Shown piece after piece: positions 43,508 to 58,356 of a stretch of DNA of 64,000 nt; positions within the stretch are counted from its first letter, which is position 1, and every line of letters begins with the position of its first letter. Where the stretch lies: positions 28,096,001 to 28,160,000 of the forward strand of contig CP068257.2 in the NCBI GenBank assembly GCA_009914755.4. Direction: 5' to 3'. The stretch is from the human T2T-CHM13v2.0 reference genome, Homo sapiens. The translations under genes were made by a program, and so were the position numbers. The notes under the pieces are model-generated. The model saw only the letters and a program-made list of their open reading frames with translations. It was not told the origin of the DNA and did not search any database.

Positions 43508-43600
43508 ACCATAGCTCATCTAGAAAACGATAAAAATGTGTACAGCATAGCTCATCAGATAGCATAGCTTATCTAGAAAATGATAAAAATGTGTACAGGG
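43508..43600. repeat. Tandem duplication of a ~46-bp unit
   Basis: catagctcatctagaaaacgataaaaatgtgtacag then catagctcatcagatagcatagcttatctagaaaatgataaaaatgtgtacag. Confidence 0.8.
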
Positions 43601-43979
43601 CAAAGGGATGAGGGGGTTGACATCAACATCTCAGCACATTTGTAACATATTCACAGGGGCTTGCATGTATTTTGTGGAAAAATCTGTCATAAACTAAGGC
43701 AATTTAAACTACATTCATTCAACTTAAAATAATAGCAAAACAACACACCTTCTCAAGTCTTGTCCATCCCTTTCCCGTCTGAAAAAAGTGTTTACTCATT
43801 CACTCAATCCAACTTTTATTTTTAGGCTATATGTAGCCAGACCATATCTCTATGCTGGATTTAGCATACAAAGATAAGGAACTAATATTTTCTGCTACTC
43901 GGTGGATTTATATCCTGAATATAAGCTCTACTGGCAAGGCATTCATCTTCCTTCCCTACTGTACCCTTCAATTTCTTAT

Positions 43980-44022
43980 TCTGCAGAGAATTATAATATC
44001 CTTGCAGAGAATTATAATATCC
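43980..44022. repeat. Tandem duplication of a 21-bp unit (gcagagaattataatatcctt x2)
   Basis: ctgcagagaattataatatccttgcagagaattataatatcctta. Confidence 0.85.
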
Positions 44023-44167
44023 TTATATCCATTGGTTTCTCGGTTCATCAACAGAAAGCACTTTTGTCCCCTTGGCTTACAAACCAGCAACCTACTTTTC
44101 TTTCACTAACCATATGAATACAACTTCAACATATTATTCAACAACTTAAGCAAATTCAGACTGTTAG

Positions 44168-44596
<429 letters not shown>

Positions 44597-44889
44597 CAAG
44601 TGCTGTTTCTTTATCTCCCTCTTTTTCTAAGTTGAGGTTTCTGATCTGGCTGGCTTTATGGATGTGAGACCTGTGCAGTTGCATGGGGCTTGCACATCGG
44701 AGGACGCTGAGCTTGGTTTCATGCCCTGCTGTTGCTGTCTTGAACTTCTTAATAATTTTTGAAACAAGGGGATCCACATTTTCACTTTGCACTGGGCCTC
44801 TGAATTAAGTAGCTGGTCCTGCTCCTCATATACTATCCTGGGGTTAGTTGATTCTTTGCTTTTACTGCTAAAAACATCCACCAAAACTC

Positions 44890-45151
44890 AGCCAGGCATG
44901 GTAGCTCACGCCTGTAATCCCAGCACTCTGGGAGGCCAAGGCTGGCAGATCACGAGGTCAGGAGTTTGAGACCAGCCTGACCAACCTGGCGAAACCCCGT
45001 CTCTACTGAAAATACAAAAATTAGCCGGCATGCACCTGTAATCCCAGCTACTCAGGAGGCTGAGGTTGCAGTGAGCAGAGATTGCGCCACTGCACTCCAG
45101 CCTGGGCGACAGAGTGAGCCTCTGTCTCAAAAAAAAAAAAAAAAAAAAAAA
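44890..45151 (+). mobile_element. Alu SINE with two internal deletions and 29-nt A-tail
   Basis: agccaggcatggtagctcacgcctgtaatcccagcactctgggaggccaaggctggcagatcacgaggtcaggagtttgagacc ... ttagccggcatgcacctgtaatcccagctactcaggaggctgaggttgcagtgagcagagattgcgccactgcactccagcctgggcgacagagtgagcctctgtctc + A-tail. Confidence 0.9.
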
Positions 45152-45727
45152 GTCCACCAATAGTTGCTTTGTCAATAGATGGCCTTAAACCATTGAAGAA
45201 TCAAGGAGTTTGGAATCCTGGTATTGTTGGACTTATAGACTTGTAGTACTAGAGTACAGAGAAGCACCTTTCTCTGCTTCCTCTCTCCAGCTACCAAGGA
45301 GCTCAGTTGCTCAGCTGAGGAGGTAAGAGCAGCAACCAGCCTGGACAGGCTTCTGCACTCCTGGTACAGTCCAGGGAGGCTCACCTTGCTGGTGGTATTT
45401 CCCTGCCAGCCCTCACAACTTGAACTTCCCTTCTTCCAAACCAGAAAGGAAAAAAAGGGCAACAGGAAAGGCCAGGTCTCCTGACTCTGCTCCATGGTGA
45501 GCCCTTTCCAACTGTGTGCTATTTTGCTGTTACCATGGTGATCAGTTGCTCTCTACTAAGTCATTTTTTTACCTTTCTCTTTCTTCAGTGGAAATTTGCA
45601 TTTTAGAACTTCTCCCCAAAACCTGTTCTTCTTAGCATTCCTTCTTCACTTCTACTACTGTATGAACAGACTTCCTTTTTAGATTTAAAGGCGCTAAACC
45701 TCCCTTTAGTAGTTTTATACTTACTTT

Positions 45728-46112
45728 GTATTAGTCAGTTTTCATACTGCTATAAAGAACTGCCCGAGACTGGGTAATTTATAAAGGAAAGATGTTTAAT
45801 TGACTCAAGGTTCAGCATGGCTGGAGAGGCCTCAGGAAACCTACAATCATGGCGGAAGGTGAAGGGAAGCAACGCACCTTCTTTACAAGGTGGCAGGAAG
45901 GAGAATGAATGCAGAAGGAACTACCAAACACTTTTAAAACCACCAGATATTGTGAGAACTCTCTCACTGTCATGAATATAGCATAGGGGAAATTGCCTCA
46001 ATGATTCAATTACCTCCCACGAGGTCCCTCCCTCCACACATGGGATTATGAGGATTATGGGGATTGCAATTCAAGATGAGATTTTGAGTGGGGACACTGC
46101 CAAACCATATCA
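45728..46112 (-). mobile_element. THE1/MST-type (MaLR) solo LTR
   Basis: tgtattagtcagttttcatactgctataaagaactgcccgagactgggtaatttataaaggaaagatgtttaattgactcaaggttcagcatggctggagaggcctcaggaaacctacaatcatggcggaaggtgaagggaagc ... gattgcaattcaagatgagattttgagtggggacactgccaaaccatatca; rc of TGATATGGTTTGGC... Confidence 0.85.
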
Positions 46113-46894
46113 ATGATTTACCTTTTTATTCTTTACTTTATTACATACCCTCATAAGAAACTGTAGCTGAAACCTTAACATACTTGGTCAAATACTTGGA
46201 TTGAATAAGGTGAATATTGAGTTTGTATCAACAAAACACTTCTCGTGTAATCAGCATATAATTTGAATAGCTATAAAGTTAAGATATACAATGAAAAGAT
46301 TTGTAGAAAATAGTCTCCATGAAGGCATATTGCTCAATTTTTATTTATGGAGTTGAAATTTAAGTCTACACATCTCTGTAGCACCCCAATTAAAATGAGA
46401 GAAGAAAAATGGAGAGATAGGAACTACATGTAGTTTCCAGTGTGGAACAAGTGGATGGTATTTATTAACGGTGACAAGGAGGATGATATTTTTAATATTT
46501 TAACTCCCTGTTGATAAAAGTGAAAGAGTCTAAAGTTTAGAAGGGGTTGTTAGTGATTTAGTGATGACCTAAACAAGCAAATGTGGACTTTTCAATGAAA
46601 ACCTCTTTGCAGGGGTGGTTGAGGTCATGTTAGCCAGTAATCTTTTGCCAGGGATCTTAGGTAGATATCCATTCAACATGTATTTTTTTCAATACATTTT
46701 AATTGAGTGACTACTACATCTGAATTATTGTTCTGGGACTGTGCTTGAACTGTTCAGATACAGTTTTTACCCTCATAAACTCTGTCTACCGAGGATGTCA
46801 GACAATACCAGAAGAAAATAAAGGGATCAAGTATCAAGAAAGGGAAGTACAAGACTGGTCCTAAATTAGCCTAAGGAAGAAGATCTCATCCCTG

Positions 46895-47215
46895 ACTGTA
46901 CATTAGAGTCATATTGGGAAACTTAAAAACATAAGTAACAAGAATCCAATTCTCAGGCCCCACCCTAGACCAAGTAACTCAAAATCTCTGGAGATTAATA
47001 TAAATTCTGGAGATGAGCTTGAGGTGTCAGTACTGGGTGACTCTCGTGAGGATTGGGGTTCACCTAGAGGGAAGTGGGTCAAACTTCAACCAGAACCAGA
47101 ATCACCTGAAGTACTTGCTAAAACATACACTTTAGTTACCACCCTAGAGATCCTGGTTCAATGGGTTAGGGATAGGGCTCTAGAATTTATATTAATCATT
47201 AACAAGGTCCCAGTC
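46895..47215. mobile_element. MER5-like (hAT-Charlie) fossil, two partial copies head-to-head
   Basis: attgggaaacttaaaaacataagtaacaagaatccaattctcaggccccaccctagaccaagtaactcaaaatctctggag matches MER5A ..cacctgggaacttgttagaaatgcaaattctcaggccccaccccagacctactgaatcagaaactctggg. 47090-47215 (cagaatcacctgaagtacttgctaaaacatacactttag...cctggttcaatgggttagggatagggctctagaatttatattaatcattaacaaggtcccag) is an inverted copy of the same region. Confidence 0.55.
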
Positions 47216-47859
47216 GTTGCTTAGGCTATTAGTCAAGGGACTGCAATTTCAGAACTACTGCTATGTGAAAACCATGAAGGCTTTCCAAGGATGTGAAAAT
47301 TTTCCCAGGACTAGAAGGATGTGTGGACAGAGAGAAAAGGTAATTGGAGAGGGTTTGGGGTATGGATAACAGCATTGAAAAGGCCCAAGTCAAGAAAGCA
47401 TTTGAAAAATTGAAAAAGGTCTAATTGTGTTTGGAGCATAGAGTGTTAAGGACATAGGTGAGGTGGCAAGCAGGGAACGAATATCTGGTGATACTGAAAA
47501 CCATATCAAGAAGTTTGTACCTCATTCTAAGGCCAATGGCAGCACGCTGAAGGACGTTAAGTACAGGGATAACACGATCTGATCCTCATTTTGGAACGTT
47601 AATGCAGGTGACTGTCGGACTAGAGGCTGTTTCAGCAGTCCTGGTGACAGAACGAACAGAAAGAAAAAAAAGAAAGAAAAACGAATCCACAGAACTTGAC
47701 GACTAATTGAGTGGCAATGGGTCAAGTGAGGGAAGAGTCAAGGATGATACCTCTAATTTAGGTTTAGAGAGCTAGAGGATGGAGCCCTTCACCATGACGC
47801 AACACAAAGAATTTGGGTCAGTGATATGCAGGCTGTGGGAACTGCAGCAGACTATCTAA

Positions 47860-47940
47860 TGTCCTTGAACTTCAGCTTCTTCATCAATAAGAATAAAAAC
47901 GTATCTGAATCATAGGGACACTGTGAGGGTTAAATGTGGT
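47860..47940 (+). mobile_element. MIR SINE core fragment
   Basis: gtccttgaacttcagcttcttcatcaataagaataaaaacgtatctgaatcatagggacactgtgagggttaaatg resembles MIR ..ctctgagcctcagtttcctcatctgtaaaatggggataataatacctacctcatagggttgttgtgaggattaaatgag. Confidence 0.5.
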
Positions 47941-49180
47941 TGTGGGTAAAAAACTTAATATAGAACCTAGCGTGCAGTTCTCCTACCTCCTGTCTTCTCA
48001 ATTTAGTATACATGTTTTGTCCCAGCTGAAGAAAAGCACAGATCTCTAAGCACACAACTTTGTGTTATGTATTTTGTGTTATATGCTCTTAATGTCTGTA
48101 AGATGAGAGAGAAAACCAAGGTGATGCTATACTGCCACCATGCTAGAACCAAAGCACAGGATAAAGCCGATTTGTTGTTTTCTCATTTTTCCAATTTTTG
48201 CAAAATAAAATTAAGATTTAATATAAGTGGTTTCTGGGAAATATTTAAAGCAAGATTCTAGCGCAGTTCCTTGCGGCGACTCAGTGCTTCCTAAGAGCAG
48301 TTTATTGTTTCGTGTGTATGCTGGGACTCCTTCATGAAAGATGTTTGATGGACAGGACTAATGTCTGCTTCATATGCTGTCTCTTATCAGAACTTTTCTC
48401 TGTGTACTTAAGCTTCAAAGGAAATTATTTGACTTAGGATGGAACAAATCCATCCAACAACCAACCATGTTTTAATAGGGTTTTACTCTACACATGCCCT
48501 ATCAAGAATGCAATCTGTTGGCCATTGCTCTGTGCTCCCCACACCAATAAAAATGTGACAAAAATTAATCTCTAGTTTTTCGGGTCAGTTACTGGTGGGT
48601 GAATAAGTTATTCTGAAACAGATATGACCTCACAGATGGAAATCCTTGACCCAGAGTCCCAACTTCAATGAAGCACTTGCTGGCTTGACCACTTCTAAGA
48701 GATCATTGGCTTCTGGTCCTTCCTGAGTTATTCCTCTAACACTCTTACTCTTAACCAGAGGGCTTTTCGAAAAAAAGGGAATTATACTAATTCAAAATGA
48801 TTTGGGAAAATATTTTAAGGTCCTCTTCCTTGAAATCTTCTATTTCGAATTGTGAGATAATGCCCCCAAGAAAATAAGTCTTCCTATTTGGTCTGAGTAC
48901 ATGGTGATCTCACAGATAGGCTACCCAGCTGAGCACAGGGCAAGCTCAGCTTAAGGATGAGTATCTGAAAAGAAACAGAAATGTTCTGTTTTTCTAATTC
49001 ATTGAGAATTACTTTTACAAAGGTGACATATTTGCTTTTAATCCCCAAAGCGACAACCATTTTTGTACTTTATCCTCAGAAAAATATGTCACATTTCTTT
49101 GACTCTGCATGAAATGCCTGTGATAAGTCAGACAGAAAAACCATTTCTTCTTTGCCATGAATAAAATATTTTGGAGGTCA

Positions 49181-49184
49181 GTGA

Positions 49185-49215
<31 letters not shown>

Positions 49216-49236
49216 CACGTGTGTGTGTGCATGTGT
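49181..49236. repeat. (GT)n microsatellite (interrupted)
   Basis: gtgagtgagtgtgtgtgtgtgtgtgtgtgtgtgcacgtgtgtgtgtgcatgtgt. Confidence 0.95.
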
Positions 49237-49347
49237 TTGGAGGCTTATGTGTGTAAGGGAGCTTATGATTTTCAGTGACATTCAAGTTTATTTCTATTAT
49301 AATTAAGACAATATAATAGAACAATAGCTTTGTTTTGCCCTTTTATG

Positions 49348-49372
49348 GTGTGTGTGTGTGTGTGTGTGTGTG
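49348..49372. repeat. (TG)n microsatellite
   Basis: ggtgtgtgtgtgtgtgtgtgtgtgtg. Confidence 0.95.
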
Positions 49373-49840
49373 ATCCCAACTAAAGTTAATGTGTCATTTC
49401 TGACATAATTATCTTTACCACCCACAAAAAGTGGACTTTAGGTCAATTGAAGAGGTAAGTAATAAACTATATAAGGGGAGGCTTTATGGCCATGAATATA
49501 TAGTATGAGCCCAAAGGAGTATTCTCTACTCAATGTCTTCTCTCCCAAACAACTTAGGGAATCAATGGCTGAGCAACATTAGCTAGGCTCCAAAAATTCC
49601 ACTAATTTACTATGTGATAATATCGTTTTAAAGATGTGGTCTTATAAAAAGTTACATTCTCATGGAACAACTTTTGCTGGAGGTATCTAGCTGACAAAAT
49701 GTAGATAGTGAGATTGGTGAAGGCTAATTACTTATATGACTGTGACCTGCAAAATACAAGTGCAAAGAAAAAAAACCCTCATGCCTGGATTTTCTTCTTG
49801 GAACACTAAATACTATGAAATAATTAAATCTGAACTGCAG

Positions 49841-50035
49841 GTTGGGCACTTCTTTATTAGCTTTGTGGTCTTGGTCAAGTTATCTAACTTCTATGACCTT
49901 AAATTTACTCATCTGTAGAACGGGGCTAATTATACCTATCTCATAAATAGATACTACCTCTTAATTAGGTGGATTCAGTGAGATAGAATATGTAAATACT
50001 GTAGCTAATTGGATGCCAGCTAGTATCTACTTACT
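49841..50035 (+). mobile_element. MIR SINE
   Basis: gttgggcacttctttattagctttgtggtcttggtcaagttatctaacttctatgaccttaaatttactcatctgtagaacggggctaattatacctatctcataa... is collinear with the MIR core ggcaagttacttaacctctctgagcctcagtttcctcatctgtaaaatggggataataatacctacctcata. Confidence 0.6.
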
Positions 50036-51510
50036 CTGAAATTAGTAAGTGTTAGTTGGAATTTCCTGAAAGGTACTTATGGGGACTATTATTTTGAACC
50101 ACGTTCCCCTTTTCAGCCATGTCCATGAGATTACAAGGAACCACTAAGATTTATATATTTTGGATTTAAGCTAAATTTACCCATCTTGGACATAGTTATC
50201 CATTATTTTGTAATAACATTATTGGAATATTTACAAAGATGGTAAAATAGAAAAATTCAGTGCATGAGACAGTTTAGGAAGGCATATATATTCTGAAAAG
50301 AAAGTGGGTGCTATCACTTGAATTATTAAAGCCAACAAGTACCCCAGAGGTTGCTTAAGATTTCATTTCACTTAGCTAGGGTAAACCTGCCTGAAGTAGC
50401 GGAGAATTTGCTAGGTATCCCTGCCTGCGACAATAGAAACAGAAGCCGTTCAATCAAAGCAAACAGGAGAACGAGCAGCTTTAGGGGAATTAGGGCAAGA
50501 ATCTCTTGTGGCTCAGCATCATTTTATCACTTGATTTCAAGCCAGCAAACTTGTTTCTGATGATTAGATATTGTTCTTAATTGCAGAAGAAGCACCTTAT
50601 GGATTTCCTGTCCATCTTTATAGTATATTTCAATATTTTGTAACTAAATCACTATTGCTTCTGCCACACCTGCTTTACATTTGACACATTGAAGGGTGAG
50701 TAAAAATGATTAGAGACAATGTTTATATGAAAGACATGTCAGGAGAGCAAGAGAGAGGATCTGCTATTCCTGGATGATTTATTTCCACCCACAACCCAAA
50801 ATTATACCAACCCCTCAACCTCAGATTATAGATATAACACATTCCCATCTGGAATAGCCAAGCAATACAAAAGAAGTATTAAGAAAAGTAAAACCCATCT
50901 AAAATCTCACTCCCAGGGGTGACATAGGTGAGCATTAAAATGCTCATTTTAATGAGTATTCTTTAAGACATCTCTTTTATGTACACACATGCACACACGT
51001 ATACACAAACCCTTTTCACAGATATATACACAAAATTTTATATAAATGGAATCATACCTATCTGTGCTTCTTTGCAACTTTATACTTCTTTGCAACATGC
51101 TCCTTCCTTTTTTCCTTTCTTTCTCCTTTCCTAAAACCTCCTTCCCTCCCACACTGCATTTCTTCCTTTCTTCCATCCCACCTTAATTCCTTCCTTCCAT
51201 TTTTTATTTTCCAGGAACAAGGAGTTAATTATATAACTTTCATGGCCTACTATCATCATTAGCCCATGCAATATCCCTCTTTATAAATACGTACCTATGT
51301 GTATGCCATTGTATTTCCCACTCTCATTACTCTCTTCCCCACCCCAAGCTGGTGAACATTCAATGGATTTAATGTATATCTTTAAATGTCTATAGTTGTT
51401 GTATGCACTTTTAAACTTACATAAATTTTGTTGTTTTACAGATATCTTTCTGATTTTTTTTTTTCTCAGCACTATCCCTGTTCTTACATGTGCACCTAAC
51501 CTACTGTTTC

Positions 51511-52219
<709 letters not shown>

Positions 52220-53786
52220 ACTTTTTTCGGTAATGTTCCCTTTCTTTGGGACATATGTCAGGAATGGAATTGCTGAGTCATGGAGAAAGTTTATATTTAA
52301 CTAAGTGCGCCAAACACTTCACAGATTCTTGATTTTTCAGAAGGGCAAGGGGTGGTCAGCACCCCCAAGATGGAGTATCATGAGGTCTAGGATTCTCTTT
52401 GGTCCACAGGCTTACTCTGATTGATTCTGTGCCTGCCTGTTACAGGCAGAGAGACAGGGGCCTGGATTACCCATTGAACCTGTTTGTCTTGTAGATTTGA
52501 ATTACTTATTTCACATAAAACGGGCAAAGATTTCCCCATGGATACTACTCAGATTTGAAACTAGTTTTTCCTAACGATGACATGGATGTCTTTCTCAGTT
52601 AATGAATATATCTAATTCATCTCCCTTTTAATAACTTCAGGGAATTTCCTTTTACTTTGCTTCATTTTATCAACCCTTCAGTATTACACACGGAGGCTTG
52701 GTTTTGGTTTTTCACTATGTAAACAATGCTGCAATGAACATCCCTACTCATGAACATTTGTATTCACTTGATCATTTTTCATCTTGGTGTAAAATCGTAG
52801 GTGTGAAATTGTTCCAGCAAAATTCATGCACATTTTAATTCTTGATGTGCAGTGTCATTTCCCTACAAAAAGACTGTACCATTATATAGCCCCCAACACA
52901 ACACATTAAAGTATCCATTTCTTCCCATTCTTGAACAATGCTTAATTTATCCATCTCCAATAATCTGATATTAGATTTTTTATTTTTATTCTTTGATTTT
53001 ATTAAAGTTAAATATTTAAAATATACAGTATTTATTGACCTTCTTCCTGTAAATTTCCTGTTTTTGTCTTTTGCAAATATTTTTCTATTACAATATTTGT
53101 ATTATTGTTATTTGTAAGACCTCCATCAGGGCAAAAATAGTACCATTGATGTGGATCTCTATTTCCCATTTTCTAGTACTTAGTAGCTGCTCAATAAATG
53201 TTTGCTGAATAAACATTAATATTTTGTCTGTCATATATTTTGCAGGTTTTTTTGTTTGCTTTAAAATTTTATTTCACTGTGCATATACATATTTTGATGT
53301 AATCGACAGGTTAGTCTTTTCCCTTATGTTTCAGTTTTCCTGTATTTTTAGTTTTATTTACTCCACATATTATAAGCATATTTGGTAACTATTTTATTAT
53401 AGTCCTTATATGGTTTTATTTTTTAGCATTAAAATTTTTCAATCCATATCAAATGAACTCAGTGAGATCAGTAACATAGGGTTCTGGCTTATATTTTTCC
53501 AGCCCCTTTTATTGACTGGTTTGTTGTTTTACACATAATGCTGCATTTATCTTATACTATATTTTATGTATACTTAGGTCCATTAAAAAATTCTCTATTC
53601 ATTTCCACACATTTATTACTTAGGCTATCTTTCTTATAATTTTAACTTTATTGACTTTGAAAACATAAAACAATCACATGACTCAAAATTCTAAAGAGTC
53701 CAAAGGATACACAGAAAAACGTTTCTTTTACTATTACCATATCAATCAGCCCTATGAACAAACTGAGCCCCGACTGTTGTTTTTTT

Positions 53787-53929
53787 GCTCTTTGTTTTTT
53801 TTAGACGGAGTCTCGCTCTGTCGCCCAGGCTGGAGTGCTCAGTGGCGTGACCTTGGCTCACTGCAAGCTCTGCCTCCCGGGTTCACGCCATTCTCCTGCC
53901 TCAGCCTCCTGAGTAGCTGGGACTACAGG
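53787..53929 (-). mobile_element. 5'-truncated Alu (right monomer only) with ~13-bp TSD (actgttgtttttt)
   Basis: gctctttgttttttttagacggagtctcgctctgtcgcccaggctggagtgctcagtggcgtgaccttggctcactgcaagctctgcctcccgggttcacgccattctcctgcctcagcctcctgagtagctgggactacagg; gactgttgttttttt on both flanks. Confidence 0.85.
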
Positions 53930-55134
53930 ACTGTTGTTTTTTAAAAATAGTATATTATAGGGATTGTTACGTATCTTACCTTTTGTGAAGCTTAACAGTA
54001 AATCACACTATGTCAATATAAAAGAAGCTTTTTCAGTTGTTCCATATTTGAATAGTCTCACGTTGATGGATGTTTAAGTTTTCCTAAACTTTTGCTGTTA
54101 AAAAATACTAGAATCAATAACCTTGTACAAGCTTATTTTGTACCTTGAGTACATGTGAAGAATATTTCCTAGAAGTGTGATTACTGGGTCAAAGGGTAAA
54201 TGCGTTTGGTTTTCTGACAGATACTAATATTGACAAATCACTCTTTATAAAGGTTGTGCTAATTTTCATTTCTACCAACAAGGGATCAGAATGACAACCC
54301 TCCATCCCCCATATACATACAGTGGGTGTTGTTTGGGGTAGTATTTAATCTTTGTCTAGGTTTTTTTTTAAAAAAATATCACATTATATAACAACTTCTT
54401 TTTCTTCTTTGGTTAAATTTGGAGATTTATAAGCTCTGAGACACTTCTATTTAAAGTATGTATGACATACACAGAAAATCTCTTTGTTTTTAATAAAAGA
54501 TGTGTTTACAGAAATAAAAATAAAATTAACTATAGACTTACCATTGTTTAATTAATACTATCCCATACATCAAATGGATTATTTCTAATAATGCCTTAAA
54601 TGTTTGAAAATTCGTGAGTTTCAACTCTGAGTTCACACAAGTTAAGATACATTTTAGTTTAGTAAATTAAGGTGTAATAGAAATGAATGAATGAATTAAT
54701 AAATAAATACACTTATAAATCAGGGAGTTGCCCAAGCTGTCTGATGTTATCTCAAGGGGTATTTTGCAGCTGAAAAGCTCCATGTAGGCAAACAGAAACA
54801 TCAAGTCATAAAATAAATCCTACTCAGGAAAAATCATAATTTGACTTAGGTTTTAATAATTATTATTGAAGTTGCAGCAAAACAAAACAAACCCAGGGTG
54901 ATTAGTCAATTCACAAACAATTCAGAAATGGTTCCCTCCAATACCTAGTTTTTCTGGTGCATTTTAAAATGTGTGATTATATTTTTAAAAAGCTTTCCTC
55001 ACAAAAAATCAGAAGCATCACCATTTTATAAAAATCGTTTTATAAATACTCACTGCTACAAGAAGATATCAGCCTAATGCCATGCTTAAGTTGAACTTTG
55101 AGGATTTATTTTGACTTTTAAAAACGCTACTTCA

Positions 55135-55438
<304 letters not shown>

Positions 55439-55857
55439 GCCCCCGAAAAACCCATTACTTCATTTTTGTTCATATACTTTTTGGTATCATACACATGGCA
55501 AAGCGCAGAAAGTGCGTGTTCCTTATGTGACAGCTTTTTGTTCCCTGGGCATAGATTCCCGTGGCTGCTGTAGCGAATGAACAGAAACTTGGTGGCTTAA
55601 TATAACAGAAACGTATTCTCTCACAGTTCTGAAGGCCAGAAGTCCAAAATTAAAGCATCCATTCCCAAGGCTTTATCCCTCTGAGAGATTGGAGAGATGC
55701 TGCCACAGTGAAAGAATGGGCTAGGGGACAAGCCTATATTGCCTCTGTCAGTTTCTGGTAGCTCCAGGCATTGCTGGACTGTGGCAGCATTACCCCAATC
55801 TCTGCCTTTGTCTTCTCCTTCCCTCTGTGTCTCTCCTCTGTGTGTTTTGGTGTTGTT

Positions 55858-56140
55858 GTTTTGAGACGGAGTCTCGCTCTGTCACCAGGCTGGAGTGCAG
55901 TGGCGATCTCCGCTCACTGCAACCTCTGACTCTCTGGGTTCAAGCGATTCTCTTGTCTCAGCCTCCGGAGTAGCTGGGATTACAGGCACACACCACCATG
56001 CCCAGCTACTTTTTGTATTTTTAGTAGAGATGGGGTTTCCCCATGTTGGCCAGGATGGTCTCGATCTCTTGACCCTGTGATCCGCCCGCCTCAGCCTCCC
56101 AAAGTGTTGGGAATACCCGCGTGAGCCACAGCGCCCAGCC
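55858..56140 (-). mobile_element. Alu SINE
   Basis: ttgttttgagacggagtctcgctctgtcaccaggctggagtgcagtggcgatctccgctcactgcaacctctgactc ... cccaaagtgttgggaatacccgcgtgagccacagcgcccagcc. Confidence 0.9.
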
Positions 56141-58356
56141 TCAGTGTATCTTACATGGACACTAGTCATTGGATTTACAGCTTATTTGGAAAATGCAAGA
56201 TTAATGTCATCTCAAGATTTTTAGCTTAATTATATCTGCAGAAGCCCTTTTTCCAAATAAGGTCACATTCTCAGTTTCTGGGGGATTAGGATATGGACCT
56301 ATCTTTTTGAGGGCCACCTTCGACCCTCTACACCCCTATTCTAAATTCTATTACTGTAGTTATATTTTGCCTATCCCTGAACTTCATGTAAATGAAATCA
56401 TCCCTATATCCTTCTTGGTGTCTGTCCAGCTTCTTTCACCAGTTTGCTTTTTGTTAAAGAAATGTACACAGAAAAGTCTCTCTGGTATTGCCACAGTTAA
56501 TAAATTTCCTGTGAAACCAGAAAGTCTTGGGCAAGACATTGATGACTGTAGCACATGGAGGATAAAATCAGGAAGCTTCCTCAAAGCACTCGCCAGCCCA
56601 GCCTTCCCATTTAGGGCACCCTACAACAAAATCCTGCATTTGATCCATTTTAACTTGAGATTTCTCAGTTCTAAGAGACTCAGTATATAGGAATTAAACC
56701 TATCCCCAGTAAGCCTTCAGATAAGAGTGTCTCTGAAAGAATTCATTGATGGATAGCCTTGCTTTGAATAAGAATATCTTCACACTCACACTAAGGGTCA
56801 CTAAACCCTTTCATAGCTCTAGAGTCAGGCTTTTTCATTTATCTGAGATTCATTGTAATGCATTTGTTTCTTCCTCTTTAATGAATGGATATTGCTTCTC
56901 TCAAATTTAAATTTAGTTTCAAATACATATTTACGATGTCATTGTCTGTGCTCAAGCAGGCGATTTTAAGATGATCTGTAAGTATAACCAGGCAAATTCG
57001 CTGTTCAAATGAATCCTGCCAACATATTTCTCATTAATCCTGGGAACATGACAGGTGCATTTATTAATACAGAGGACTTAGTGTTAGAATGCCATGTCCT
57101 TTCTGACATACTAAGCCATTTTTAATTTGCTCTTATCATTTAAAGTCTCTCCTTTTCAAAGATATTAGATAACTCTACAGTGTTAAACATCATGGAGTGA
57201 TTTGGGGGCTCAAGGGAGAGCATCTTATATAAATGTTTTCCTAATTTTCAAAGGATCCAGGCACCACCCAAAATGGTAAGATTCATAGACTATCTGGAGG
57301 AGAGGGAGAGGGGAAGATAATTTTGTTTATTTAATTGATTCTCTGTAACTTTTCTCTTGGCAAGTATAGCTCACTAATGGACTTTGCACAGCACAATCAT
57401 TATTAGAAATGCCACTGTGACATTTGATTAATCCAGTCTATTTAGATTTCGAAGACAAATCATATATTTATCCTAATATAATTAATTACTATTTCCTCCT
57501 TTTGGATTTTCCAACGAACAGTATTTAGAGATATCCTTGACATTTTCATCTTTAGCCTATAGACGCACCACGATTCTTCATAGGTTAGGTCCATTCCAGT
57601 GTGATGCAACAGACATTTTTTGGTAGAACGCCAGGAACATTTATCAATCTTGCTAGTGACTTCATTTAAATTTTAATAAGTTATGCATTTCTTTGGTAAT
57701 TTCTAGTGCTGGAAATTGACAACAGGGTTTTATGGCTTCCTATTTTAGTGTCCCTCATTTTGTTCCTCGTTTATCCTGATCTCCCAAGAGAAATAACTTC
57801 TTAGGCACGGTCGAAGAATCTTTGTACGAAGTTTCTCAATTTGAGACAATATAATTACTTCTATTCATTCATTTGTTCATTTATGTAATCATTTGTTTGC
57901 TTCTTCGATAATCTAACAAACAGTTATAGGTGATAAAGATAAAAGTATAGCAGTAAATCAAAGAGACAGTCTATATCTTTCTAGAGCTCACATTTCAATG
58001 AACGGTGAAAGATGACAAAACAATTCCAAATCTATACAACATGTCAGATTGTGATAAGTCCCACAGAGTGAAATGAAGCAGGATGAGGAGCTTGGAAGGG
58101 CGAATTGTTATGAGAGTGATTGTGTTATTATACAAGGTGGTCAAGACGGGCATTGCGAAAAGACATTTGCAGATACCCAACGCCATGTGGTATCTGGGAG
58201 AAAGCATTCAGGCAGAGGATGAGCAAGCCCAGAAGTCTTTGAGCAGGAACATAGAATCCTAGAATGGAACCTAAGGAGGCCAGTGAGCACAGTTGAGATG
58301 GGATGGAAATGACTCAGAGAGTGGGTGGAAGTCAGATCACATGGTGTCTTATAGAC

